Below, in pieces: positions 9,660 through 20,900 of a stretch of 39,731 nt of DNA. Position numbers and translations under genes: made by a program. The stretch is from an uncultured Acidobacteriota bacterium. GTDB lineage: Bacteria > Acidobacteriota > JAQAZP01. How positions within the stretch are numbered: the first letter of the stretch is position 1; every line of letters begins with the position of its first letter. The notes beneath the pieces are model-generated. The model was given only the letters and a program-made list of their open reading frames with translations. It searched no databases and had not been told where the DNA came from. Location of the stretch: the NCBI GenBank assembly GCA_963836075.1, contig CAWIIB010000005.1, positions 1 through 39,731 of the forward strand. The letters run 5' to 3'.

Positions 9660-10623
9660 GTGCGGCAGGACCAGCCCCCGGCCAACCGTGAAAAGGTTTC
9701 GATCATCGGCGGCGGCCGGGTGGGGAAGACCCTCGGTTTCCTGCTGGCCCGCGCCGGCTACCACATTCGCGGGGTTTCCTGCCTGCGGCTCGCCGAGGCC
9801 GAGGACGCGGTGCGCTTCATCGGTGACGGCGCCCCCTTCGAAGACAATGCGGCAGTGGTGATGGACAGCCGGATCGTGCTGATCACCACCCCCGATGATG
9901 CCATCTCTCTGGTGGCCCGGGCGCTGGCCGAGACGCCGGTCTCCTGGAAGTCCCGGCTGGTGCTCCACTGCAGCGGGTTTCTCACCTCGGATGTGCTGCA
10001 GCCCCTGGCCCGTCAGGGCGCTGCCGTGGCCACCGCCCACCCCCTGCAGACCATCGCCAGCCCCCGCGAAGCGGTGAAGGCGATCCGCAACGGGTTCTTC
10101 TGCATCGAGGGGGATGAGGCGGCGTTGCCGGAGGTGGAGGCCATGGTGGACCACATCGGGTCGCGCTGCCTGAGCATCGACCCGCAGCACAAGGTGCTCT
10201 ACCATGCCGCGGCGGTGATGGCCTCCAACTACCTCGTCTCGCTCACCGGCCTCTGCGTCGACCTGATGGCTCAGGCCGGGGTGCCCCCGGAGCAGGGGCT
10301 GGAGGCGCTGATTCCCCTGGTCCAGGGGGCGCTGGACAACGTCAAGCGGCTGGGACACCAGCCGTTCGCTCACCGGCCCGATCTCCCGGGGGGATGTGGC
10401 CACGGTGCGCGGCCACCTGGAGGGATTGGCCCGCTGCGGCCAGCCCACTGATGCGGTGTACCGTTCGTTGGGACTGGCCACCCTCGAACTGGCCCTGGGC
10501 GGCCGCGGCGGCCCCTCTCTGGACCGGGCCTTCGAATTGCGCGAGGCGCTGAAAAGCGAACGATTCCGAGAGACGGTTTCGAATGATCGAACGACCACAG
10601 CTTCCCCCTGGAGGTTCACCTGA
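9660..10623 (+). CDS. Rossmann-like + DUF2520 oxidoreductase (PanG-like ketopantoate reductase candidate); frameshift near 10365
   Basis: IIGGGRVG, HCSG, HPLQT and YHAAAVMASN, with LTGPISRGD in the shifted frame. Confidence 0.85.
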
Positions 10624-12099
10624 TGCGCAAGATGATCACTCACGGCTGCCTCGTTCTCTTCTCTCTTCATCTCCTGCGGTCAGGGCGGCTCGGACCCGGG
10701 CGGTTCGGCGGGCGAGTCCACGGCCGGAGCCTCGCTGGAACTGGCCTCGGCCTCCGGACAACAGAGCGATACCGGCGGCTCCGCCTCTGACCGACTGGTT
10801 GCCGCGGCGGCCGCACAGGCCTCCCGGCGCACCGCGGTGGTGGAAGTGGTGGAACTGGTGGCCCCGGCGGTGGTCAACATCTCCACCGAACAACTGGTGG
10901 AGGTGAACCCCTTTCTCCGGCGGCGGACACCGAGCATCTTCGACTGGTTCGGCGAACCGGAGCGCAGCTACACCCGCAGCAGCCTCGGCTCGGGAGTGAT
11001 CATCGACGACCAGGGGCACGTGCTGACCAACCAGCATGTGATCCTCCAGGGCTCGCGGATCACCGTGGTGCTCTCCGACAAGCGGGAGTTCGAGGCCGAG
11101 CTGGTGGGCGCGGACCCGACCCTCGACCTGGCGGTGCTGAAGATCGACGCCGGCAAGCGCTGCCCTGCGTGCCCATGGGCACCTCCTCCGACCTGATGAT
11201 CGGCGAGACGGTGATCGCCATCGGCAACCCCTTCGGCCTCAACCACACCGTCACCACCGGCGTGGTCAGCGCCACCGGACCGGACCTGCGCGCCGAGGAC
11301 CGGGTCTACCGCGACTTCATCCAGACCGACGCCTCGATCAACCCCGGCAACAGCGGCGGGCCGCTGCTCAACATCAACGGGTCGCTGATCGGCATCAACA
11401 CCGCGATCTACGGCGGCAAGGCCCAGAACATCGGCTTCACCATCCCCATCGACCGGGCGCGGCGGATCGTCGACGACCTGATCCGTTTCGGGGCGGTGGT
11501 GCCGGCCTGGCTGGGGGTCGAGGTCCAGGACCTGAGCGGCAACCTCGCCGAGAGCTTCGATTTCCCCCTGCGCAGCGGGGCCCTGGTCTCCGAGGTGGTG
11601 GAGGACGGGCCGGCCGAGGCCGGCGGCCTGCAGCGGGGCGATATCATCACCGCCCTGGGCAGCGACAGCGTCCAGATCGGCGCGGGACTTCCGGGAGAGC
11701 CTCCGCGGCTACACCGCCGACGACGAGGTGCGGGTGACCTACTACCGCGGCGGGGACGAGAAGCAGGGCACGGTGCGCAGCACCGAGTTCCCTGCCGAGC
11801 AGGTGGACCGGGAACTGTGGCGCCGGGTGGGTTTCGAGGTGATCGAGATCACCCCGGCCCTGGCCCGCAGCTACAACCTGCCGGCCCAGGAGGGGGTGGC
11901 CATCCGCAGGGTCCGTGACAACAGTCCGGCCTACACCATCGGGCTCGACGGCGGTGACGTGCTGCTGCACATCGACGGCACGCAGATCGCCGGTCTGGAC
12001 GAACTGCACCAGGCCCTGGTGCCGGCCTTTGGCCGCGGTTCCTTCACCCTGATGGTGCAGCGGGGCAGGCACCGCTACCGGGGGGTGCTGGAGTTTTAG
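10623..12099 (+). CDS. HtrA/DegP-family serine protease with two PDZ domains, probable lipoprotein (frameshifts)
   Basis: Catalytic triad TNQHV, DLAVLKI and [16 protein letters not shown]; two PDZ-like segments. TGATG overlap with the upstream stop. Lipobox-like FISC (Cys at 10675) followed by a Gly/Ser linker in frame with the protease domain. Confidence 0.9.
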
Positions 12100-12104
12100 A
12101 CAGC

Positions 12105-12326
12105 ATGAGCATTTCTCCCGGACTGCTGACGGCATTGAAGCCGGTCCACCGCATGTCGCTGATCTCCTGGACGGTGATGACCCTACTGATCGTGGTGTTT
12201 GTCTTCCTCGTCTACACCAGCCTTTGGGAAACAGACCCGAGCCCGTCGGATACGATCTATCTCATCGTGCCGCTCAGTTTGATCTCTCTTTTTCTGACCT
12301 TGATTTCACTGGTTTTGAAATGGTAA
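12105..12326 (+). CDS. Small 2-TM hypothetical membrane protein
   Basis: 73-aa ORF with two hydrophobic helices immediately after the HtrA stop. Confidence 0.45.
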   Translation: MSISPGLLTALKPVHRMSLISWTVMTLLIVVFVFLVYTSLWETDPSPSDTIYLIVPLSLISLFLTLISLVLKW

Positions 12327-12677
12327 GTGACCTCGAACCGTCGAATACGCTTGAGAGTGGAGGATGCCGGAAAGACGACCCTCAACGCTGACGCCAATTT
12401 GTCCCCCGCGGATCTGCTGGCCGTGAAGCTTTACAGGATGTATCGTTTCCAGCGGTTCATCGCACTGACTCTGCACGTTGCCATCACACTCTATGGTGTG
12501 GTGCTTTCCTTCACCTATGGCCGCCCGTACCTCGTTCTTCCGTTTGCCACGCTTTCCCTGGTATTGAATGTGGTGTGGTTTCCGCGATACCGTGTTCTTG
12601 TGGCACAAATCATGAAGCACTGGGGTGTCGATGGTGCTGCACCCCCTTCCTGGTCCGGATGGCAGAAAGGCATCTGA
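12327..12677 (+). CDS. Small 2-TM hypothetical membrane protein
   Basis: 116-aa ORF abutting the previous stop (TAA-GTG); two hydrophobic segments with basic flanks. Confidence 0.45.
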   Translation: MTSNRRIRLRVEDAGKTTLNADANLSPADLLAVKLYRMYRFQRFIALTLHVAITLYGVVLSFTYGRPYLVLPFATLSLVLNVVWFPRYRVLVAQIMKHWGVDGAAPPSWSGWQKGI

Positions 12678-12725
12678 AAGGAAGAGGGACAGCCAGTGCA
12701 CATCTGATCAGCCGAGGAGTTGAAC

Positions 12726-13112
12726 ATGCCCTTCTCAATCAAAACATTTGAGAATCAAGACCTGACCGTCATCACTGCTACCGGGGATATCGTGCCAGGA
12801 GAGCCGCTGGAGACGATCAAGGCTTTTTACAGTGGCAAGCCGACAAAAGATGCGATCTGGGATTTCAGTACCGTGTACATGAGCCAGATGTCCACAGACG
12901 AGATTCATCTTATCCTGGAATTCGCACTGAAGAATATCCTGAAACGGCAGTACGGCAAGACGGCCCTGGTCGCCCCGGAAGACGACGATTTTGAGCTGGC
13001 CCGCATGACCAGCACCATGGGCGACCTGAAGGATGTCCCCTGGGACATACAGGCATTCAGAACTCTGGAAGAAGCGGCCCGGTGGCTGGGTGTAACCTAT
13101 CCTGAAGGGTAG
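12726..13112 (+). CDS. STAS/SEC14 (SpoIIAA-like) hypothetical protein
   Basis: GAGGAG RBS; pattern AIWDFS...KTALVAP...FELARM...FRTLEEAARWL typical of SpoIIAA-like small proteins. Confidence 0.7.
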   Translation: MPFSIKTFENQDLTVITATGDIVPGEPLETIKAFYSGKPTKDAIWDFSTVYMSQMSTDEIHLILEFALKNILKRQYGKTALVAPEDDDFELARMTSTMGDLKDVPWDIQAFRTLEEAARWLGVTYPEG

Positions 13113-13132
13113 CTGTGTCAGGAATCCTCCTC

Positions 13133-14596
13133 GTGAAAAGATGGCAACGATTTGCTGCTGGCCGTGTGCTATCCTTGGCGTCCTGGGCCTCGCCTACTGG
13201 AAATTCGCCATCCCGACCCACCGCGTTGAGGTCGACTCGGAACTGGTCATGATGGGAGACCTGGACGGTGATTACCGCTGGACAGCGGCTGACCTGGCCG
13301 TGCTCGACAGTCGTGATCCAGGACCCCTTTGCTGCTCCTGACACCACGGTATGGCTCCTTGATCTGAACCGCAACGGCATCATCGACGAAGAAGATCTCG
13401 ACATCGTCCGTACGTTGGTCGCTGCTGCCGGGAATCCGTACGATGCGGAAGATCGCGCGCGGAGCAATGGCCGGCTGTTTCCCCGGCCCCGTGAATTGTA
13501 TCGATACATCTCGCTGACCGAATACCGCTCCCGGCCTCTCTGGTCGCTGCCCGGTCCTCTCGCCGAAGATTCGGTGCTGGACTGGCTTGCCAGACCTTCA
13601 GCCACCGGTCTGCAGCCGGTACCTATGCCGACACGTTGTCGTACCGCTGTGTACAACGAGGCTGTTCGGTTCGACAGGGCCTGGAAAAAACGTCAGAAAG
13701 GGCTGCTGCCCATCGAACGGGAGTATGCGGAACGGAAGCTGGCGCGGGTCAGGCAACTCGTCGAAGAGGGGGAACAGTTTGAACTCCTGCTGGCCTTGAC
13801 CGAGCTGGTTGAGGATGCGGAGACGCTCACCGTGCTCCATCAGCCGGAGATCTCGCTTCAACTGCTGGCCTTTCGCGACCATCTGCGCGAGGTCCTGGGC
13901 TCGCCGCTTATCGGTGAATATACTTCGGGGACACAGGAGTGGCGTGCCGTCCTGGAGGCTGTTTCACGACACCTCGAGAACGACCTGGGGGTGACCTGTG
14001 ATCTCACCACATTGGGACCGCCCCGCAATATCACCGACCTCGAGAGCTACCTGCAGCGTGCGGAGTGGCAGTATTACAAGAGCACCACCCGGGAGGAGGA
14101 TTTCCGGGCGATCATCGGATACGCTCAGCACGATCCACGGTATCTTCGAGCGGCCTCGCGGACCAGTCGGAAGCACCAGGACCCCAACGTCGACAACCAC
14201 AATCTGCCCATGGTGCTGCTCTTCCGCGAGGCGCTGCGTATCATGGATGGCGACAAGAAGAGGGCGGTGGGATTGCTCGACGAGGCGATCCGCATCCCCT
14301 ACAGCTGGATCAAACTGATCCCGCCCGAGTCGCTCCCCGGTTCGCTGGCCCTGGACAACTTCCTCCTGCCCGGCAACAAGGAGGACGGTGCGGACAAGAG
14401 CCGGCACTGGAATGTCTTTGGCGGAATCTGCCTCTACAAGTCTCCGCAGGAAGCGCTGGACCTCGCGCTCAAGCGCGAGCTGAAGGATTTGCGGGATTCA
14501 GGCTATGCCGTCGAGGCCATGCGTGAATTCCTGCGGGACATGATCGCCAATCTGAACGGCATGTATCACGTGCTGACAGTGAATCCGGACTCTTAA
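13133..14596 (+). CDS. Membrane-anchored or secreted protein with paired EF-hand/dockerin-like Ca-binding loops and a helical C-terminal domain (N-terminal frameshifts)
   Basis: N-terminal hydrophobic AILGVLGLAYW; GDLDGDYRWTAADL and DLNRNGIIDEEDL loops; long open frame to 14596. Confidence 0.65.
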
Positions 14597-16028
14597 CCCT
14601 TGATCACCGCCAGCGGCACCAGGCGGGCCACCTTCATCGAGATTCCCGAGCGGTGGACCGCCTCCACCACGTCCTCCACGTCCTTGTAGGCTTCGGGCAT
14701 TTCTTCGGCCAGGGTGCCCTTGCCCTTGGCGCGGACGTGAATCCCCCGGTCCGACAGCTCGAAGGCGATGGCCCGGTCCCGGGCGGCTTTCCTGGCCCTG
14801 GTGCGGCTCATCACCCGTCCGGCGCCGTGGCAGGTGGAGCCGAAGGTGGTCTCCATCGCCTTTTGCGTGCCGGCCAGCACGTAGGAGCAGGAGCCCATGT
14901 CGCCGGGGATCAGCACCGGCTGGCCCACCGCCCGGTAGGCCGCGGGCACTTCCGGGTGGCCCGGCCCGAAGGCGCGGGTGGCGCCCTTGCGGTGCACCAC
15001 AGTGTCCGCTCCTTGCCCTCGAAGGTGTGGCGCTCCTTCTTGGCGATGTTGTGGCAGACGTCGTAGACCAGGCCCATCCCCAGGTCGCGGGGGCCGGCCT
15101 GGAAGACGCGCTCGAAGATCTCGCGGGTCAGGTGGCTCATCATCTGGCGGTTGGCAAAGGCGTAGTTGGCGGCGCAGGCCATGGCCGCGATGTAGTCTCT
15201 GCGCCTCCGGGAGCTGATCGGCGCGCAGGCCAGCTGGCGGTCGGGCAGGTCGCTTGCTGCTGCTGCGCACCAGCTGCTTGAGGTAGTCGTCGCAGACCTG
15301 GTAGCCGAGGCCCCGGGAGCCGGAGTGGATCATCACCGTGATCTGGCCTTCGCCGCAGGCCGAAGGCCGCGGCCGCGTGTCTCGTCGAAGATCTCGTCCA
15401 CCAGGCCCACCTCGAGGAAGTGGTTGCCCGAGCCGAGGGTGCCCAGCTGGTTCGGCCCCGCTCCAGGGCCCGCTTGCTCACCGCGTCCGGGTCGGCGCTC
15501 GGCCAGGCAGCCCCGCTCCTCCATGTGCTCCAGGTCGCTCTGCTCGCCGTAGCCGTTCTCCACCGCCCAGGCCGCGCCCTGGGCCAGCACCTTCGTGCTG
15601 GTCGGCGGGGGAGAGGCGGATGGCGCCGGTGGAGCCCACGCCGCAGGGAACCGTTGAACAGCGCGTCGGCCAGGGCCCTGATCCGCGGCTTCACCGTCTC
15701 GCAGGTCGAGCCTGGTGCGCAGCAGCCGCACGCCGCAGTTGATGTCGTAGCCCACGCCGCCCGGGGAGATGACCCCCTCGTCCAGGTCGAAGGCCGCCAC
15801 CCCGCCGATGGGAAAGCCGTAGCCCCAGTGGATGTCCGGCATGGCCAGGGAGTAGCCCACGATGCCCGGCAGCTGGGCCACGTTGGTCACCTGGTCCAGG
15901 GCCTGGTCCCTGCGGATCTGGTCCAGGGCCGATTCCCGGGCAAAGAAACGGGCCGGGACCCGCATTCGGCCCCGCTTGCCGATCTCCCAGGTGCACTCGC
16001 CGATTTTCTTGAATCCCATTCCGCTCAT
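14593..16028 (-). CDS. rtcB: RtcB-family RNA ligase (multiple frameshifts)
   Basis: MPDIHWGYGFPIGGV, GGVGYDINCGVRL, GTLGSGNHFLE, HSGSRGLG, HNIAK, HRKGATRA, PGDMG, HGAGR and EEMPEAYK. Confidence 0.95.
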
Positions 16029-16051
16029 CTTCCGTCCCTGCTCCCGCCGGT

Positions 16052-16486
16052 CTACACGTCAAAAAGGAGTGTCGCCTCCACCCATTGCCGGTGTCCCGGA
16101 TGCCCGACTGGTGGTAGGTTACCGCCTTGATTTCGCAGCCCGGAGTGTCGGCCCGGCGCATGATGCACTCGGCCCGCAGGCGCTGGCGGTCCAGCTGTTG
16201 AAAGGTGATGGCCTGGGGGACCAGGCCGCGGGTCTCGGCCTGGAAGTGCAGCTCACCCAGCCAGCGCACCAGCAGGTCGTCCGGATCCACGCCCTCCAGA
16301 TCCACATCGATCCGGGCGGCCAGGGTCTGCGCACCGTCCGACGACTCCTCGTCGGGGAACAGGGTCTCGGTCAGGGCCCGGGCCGCCTGCCGAAAGAGAC
16401 TCTCCAGGTCCGGGGCCCAGATACGGAACCGCAGGTCCGCCGGGTGGTCCACGCATTTCGTATCCGGCTTTCGGTATTTCGGTCAC
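16052..16486 (-). CDS. Archease (frameshifts near both ends)
   Basis: DHPADL, LVRWLGEL, EIKAVTYH and a terminal DV-stop; AAGGAG RBS before GTG 16486; directly upstream of rtcB. Confidence 0.88.
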
Positions 16487-16580
16487 GGTGCGGCTCCTTT
16501 GGCCCAAACGGTTCGCAAGCTGGTCATTTGAATAGTATTATTGTATAGGAGAATCCCCAGAGACAAGCGAGGACAAACCC

Positions 16581-19500
16581 CTGGCCGAGAAGACTCCCAG
16601 CAAAAAAGCCGAGAAATCCGGAAAGAAAAAGACGGGCCGGCGTTTTTCCCGTTTCGGCCTGGCCGCCAGACTGACGGCTGGCGTGGCGATTCTCCTTTTC
16701 ATCGTGGTGCTCTACCTGCTCCTCGGCCCTCCGGTGGACCGTGTCGCCACCAGTCTGCTCAGCGGCCTGGTGGAAAAGTATTTTGCCCCGGGTTCGGGGT
16801 TCCAGACCCTGGACCTCGACCTCCGTTCCGGTGAATTGCGGATCACCGGCATCTATCTCGAGGTGCCGCCGGCCCCCGCGGATCCCTCCGTTCCCGGCGG
16901 ACTTTCCGGTCCCTGTACGCTCTCCCTCGAATCGCTCCGTTTCGCCTTCGGCCCTTCGTTTGAACGGTGGACGACCTTCGGGGCCCAGCAACTGGACCTC
17001 GAGGGCCTGGACGTGTTGCTGGACCAGGACTCGCTGATGGCCTTTGTCCACGGCTTGCGCAGGGAGAAGAGACGAGAGCCGCGGGAGATTTCGATCAGCC
17101 TCCCCGGAGTCACTGTCCGCCGGAGCACCTTTCGCTATGGCCGCCGCGAGATCCCGCTGGACCTTGAGGTGGAGGATGTGCGTCTTTCGCTGGCCCCCAC
17201 CGACAGCACAAAGGTGATCGAGGGGGTGCTGCATTGCGGGCCCGGCCGTGGTGGACGCCAACGACTACCTCTTTCCGGTGGATTCCATGGTGGCCTCGCT
17301 GGCCATGGACCTGGGGGGGCTGCGGGTACGCCACCTGGAACTCATCTCACCGGCGGCCGACCTGACGGCCAACGGGGTCATCGGCTTCCGGCGCTACGGC
17401 GAGGTCCCCCGGCGTCTGGCCATCGATGGAGTCTGCCGGCTGGGCCGGATGGGCCGCTTCACCCGGCTGCCTTTCGACCTGGCCGGGATCTCGACGGTGG
17501 ACCTGGAGCTGAACGGCAAATGGGGCGAGCCGGATGATACCGGGCTCTGGACCCTGGCCGGCACGGTGACCGGGCAATACCGCCTGGATCGGGGACCTGC
17601 CGCTGGAGGATTACAACATCCTCGCCGAGGTGGGCAGCGCCGGGCTGACCGTGCACCGTTTCGATACCGGCCTCTTCGAGGGCCGCTGCCGCGGGGCCGG
17701 AAGCCTCACGCCGCTCAATACCCGGGGGGTGCTGGAGGCCACTCTGGAACTGGACAGGCTGGACCTGCCAGCGATCCAGCCCTGGCTCGGCCTGGGGGAG
17801 GAGTGGCCGGCGGGACTGGTCAGCGGCCAGGTGGCCGGGACGGTGCCGGTGCACAGCTGGACCGACCTGGTGGCCGCGGGGGACCTGGAGGTGGATCCCG
17901 GGGTGAGGAAGGATACCCTGCGCCTCATGGGCCCGCCCACCGTGCGCGGCCGGATCTCCTTCCACGCGTTCCAGCGGGACACTCCATCTCCAGGACAGTG
18001 CGTTCACCGTCGGTCAGACTGCCATCCAGCTGACCGGTCCGCTGAGCCTGGAGGGCGGCGACATCCGTCTCAACATCAGGCTGGCCGCCGAAGATCTGCG
18101 GCGAAGCAGGATTACACTGGAGCGGATCCTCGGTCCCCGCTATCCCCGGCACCGGGAAGGGGAGGACAGGGTGCCGCTGGCCATGGCCGGAATCCTTGAA
18201 CTGGATGCCACCCTGGTTCGGGAGGAGGGCAGGCCCTTCCAGTTTCGAGGGCTGGTTGCGGGGTGACAACATGCTGCTGGCCGGTTTCCAGCTGGGACGG
18301 ACCGATGGCCGTTTTCACCTCGACAACGAGCGCTTCGAATTGCGGGACATGGTGCTGGAGGGCGACGGGGTCAACGGCCGGGTGGACTACTTCGGTTGGC
18401 GAAACTGGGCCTGGACAAGGATGCCGCTGCGGGACCGGCCGAAGTGGCGGAAGTGGTGTCGGTGGAGGAAGCGGAGGAAACCCTGACCCTGGTTCTCAAG
18501 GAGCATGACCGGGGGCCCCGGCCGGACAGTCCGAAGGCCCGCTGGGCCCCCTCAACCCGCTGATCGGGCTGCGTTGCGACGTGGTCAACGTGCCCCTGGA
18601 CACGGTGAGCAGTATTCTGCCCATGCCGGCGCTCACCGGGGCTCCGGCGGATGGTGCAACTGGACCTCGACCGGGCCGACCCCTTCTCACCGCTGGCGGG
18701 CTGGGGGGTGGTGGAGAGTGACGGCTGGGACCTGGATCCCTGGTGTTTCGGCTTCACCCGGGCCGGCGTGGGAGTGGACGGGGACGGGGTCCGCTGGCAC
18801 GGTGAGATCAGGGGCAACGGGCGGATGACCATCTCGGGGTGGATCAAGCCCGGGTTCGAGGACGTTCACTTCCGCTGCAGCGGCCGTGCAGTGGAGTTCC
18901 CCGGTGCCTGCACCGTGCTGGTGGACGATGAGACCGGCGAGCCCTATTTCCGGGCTCCGCTCGACTTCACCGGCCAGGGGGCCTGGGAGGAGGACCGGTT
19001 CACGCCTGCGGGCCGGCTTTGACTACCCGTGGCTCGCTTCGGGGAGCAAACCTGCTGGGCCCTGGCCGGGCCAGCCTGGCCATGGACGGTGATATCTGGC
19101 GGTTGGAGCTGGAGCCGGAAACCGGGAGCGGTCTTATCCGGGGACTGCTGTTTGCCGACGGTCGAAGCTGGCCGCTCTGGCTGGCCGGCGAGCTCTCCTC
19201 GCTCCGCGTGCGGCAGTGCGAGGAGGACACCCTCGTGCCACGGCCCATCCCCGGCCAATGGGCCGAGTCACCGGTGGCCGGCCTGGCTGCGCGGGCCGGG
19301 GGCATTCGCCGAGCGGATGGTTCTCGGTGGACTGGTGGAGCAGTGCCTGGTCAGCACCTCGGAGAACTACCGTCTGGAGAGCCGTGGTGCCTTCCCCATC
19401 CTGATGGACCAGGGCGTGCGCAGCCTCAAACTGCCCCGGGCCAGCTTCCTCGGGCCGGCCGGGTCACAGATCAGCGCCGGCGGCCGGTCTGGCCTTCGAG

Positions 19501-20900
19501 GGCGCCGAACCGCCCACCGATATGCTGCTCCTCGGGTCTTTCGACCTCGATGGTCTCGGCTTCTCCCGGGAGGCGTTCCAGCTCAGCGGATCGGGGCTGG
19601 CCGAGTTGCGCATCGGCGGATACTATCCGTTGCTGACCCAGACCGGCCGGGTGGACCTGACCCAGGGCAAGCTGACCCTGCCCGAGATTCACTTCGCCTG
19701 CACCGGCATCGAGGCGGCCATCGCCCTCGAGCCGGACCGTCTGGACCTGCTGGATTTTGCCGGACGGATCGGTGGCGGGCCGGTGAGCGGCAGCGGCACC
19801 CTCCGTTTTGGCGAGGATTACGCCGCTGAGTCGTTCCGTTTCGAGGCCCGCGGCAGGGACATGGTTCTGGCATACCCGGAGAAGGTGAGCACCCTCTTTG
19901 ACGCCGACCTGGTGCTGGAGGGGGACCGGCAGAGTCACACCCTCACCGGCCGTGGCCTGATTCGCCGCACCGTTTACAGCGGGTCGGTCTTCGCTGAGGA
20001 GGAGGAAGCCGTTCCGGCGGCGGACCCGGGGGCAGCAGCGGATGTTGAGGACGACTGGTTGGGGCGGACGACTCTCGACCTGACGCTGGAGGCACCGGAC
20101 AATCTTTTCATCCGCAGCGAGGAGGGCACGGTGCAATTCACCGGCAGCCTCGAGGTGGGCCAGACATTTGCCGATCCACGGATTGCCGGCACGGTCACCT
20201 CGGTGCCCGGCGGGCGGTTCCTCTTCCGCGACATCGAGTACGACGTGGAGGAGGCGCGGGTCGATTTCGTCGATCCCACGGGTGTGCAGCCGGTGCTCTA
20301 CCTCAAGGCCTCCACCACCAGTGGATACCTACCTGATCACCCTGGTGGCGGACGGTCCCTTCGACGACCTGTCCTTCGAGGTCACTTCGGTGCCCCGGCT
20401 CAACGACCGGGATATCATTTCGCTGCTGGCCTTTGGCCGGCTCAGCTCCGAGCTGCCCGGCATCGAGGGGGCGACTCTGGCCGGTCAGGAGGTGACCTCC
20501 TACTTCACCGGCGGTTTCACCGGTGAGCTGCAGTCACGGCTCAAGGAGACCTTCGGCCTGACCCGTTTCGAGATTCAGCCGATGTTCCTCGAGGGCACCA
20601 CCGATCCCACGGCCCGTATCACCGTGGGCAAGGACCTCTCCGACGACCTCTTCTTCACCTACTCCACCAGCCTCACCTCCATCGAAGATACGCTGCTGCT
20701 GCTGCGCTACCGCATCGACGAGCGGTTGGCCGTCCTGGCCTCCCGGGAAGAGGACGGCTCCTACGGCGGTGATATCCAGTACCGTACCTCCATGAGTTTT
20801 GCCCAGGGCAAGGACAAGAGTCTCTGGGACAGTCTCCTGGGCCGGCCGGACGACTGGCGGTCCGCCGACGGAGAAGACGTAGGCCTGGCCGACGGCGTGT
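16581..20900 (+). CDS. TamB/AsmA-like (DUF490) region; N-terminal part of a probable TamB-Omp85 fusion (many frameshifts)
   Basis: Basic N-terminus plus single TM (VAILLFIVVLYLLL), then a long beta-rich G/L/D sequence. DUF490-like end: LDLTLEAPDNLFIRS, P.IAGTV, FVDPTGVQPVLYLKA, SVPRLNDRDIISLLAFG, ARITVGKDLSDDLFFTYS. Start uncertain (CTG 16581 after GAGGA, or GTG 16683). Confidence 0.8.

Noticed and set aside
14593-16028. Fragmented rtcB as a pseudogene, programmed frameshift or intein-containing gene
   Set aside because: All catalytic motifs are present in order at normal total length, and the indels match the contig-wide error pattern.
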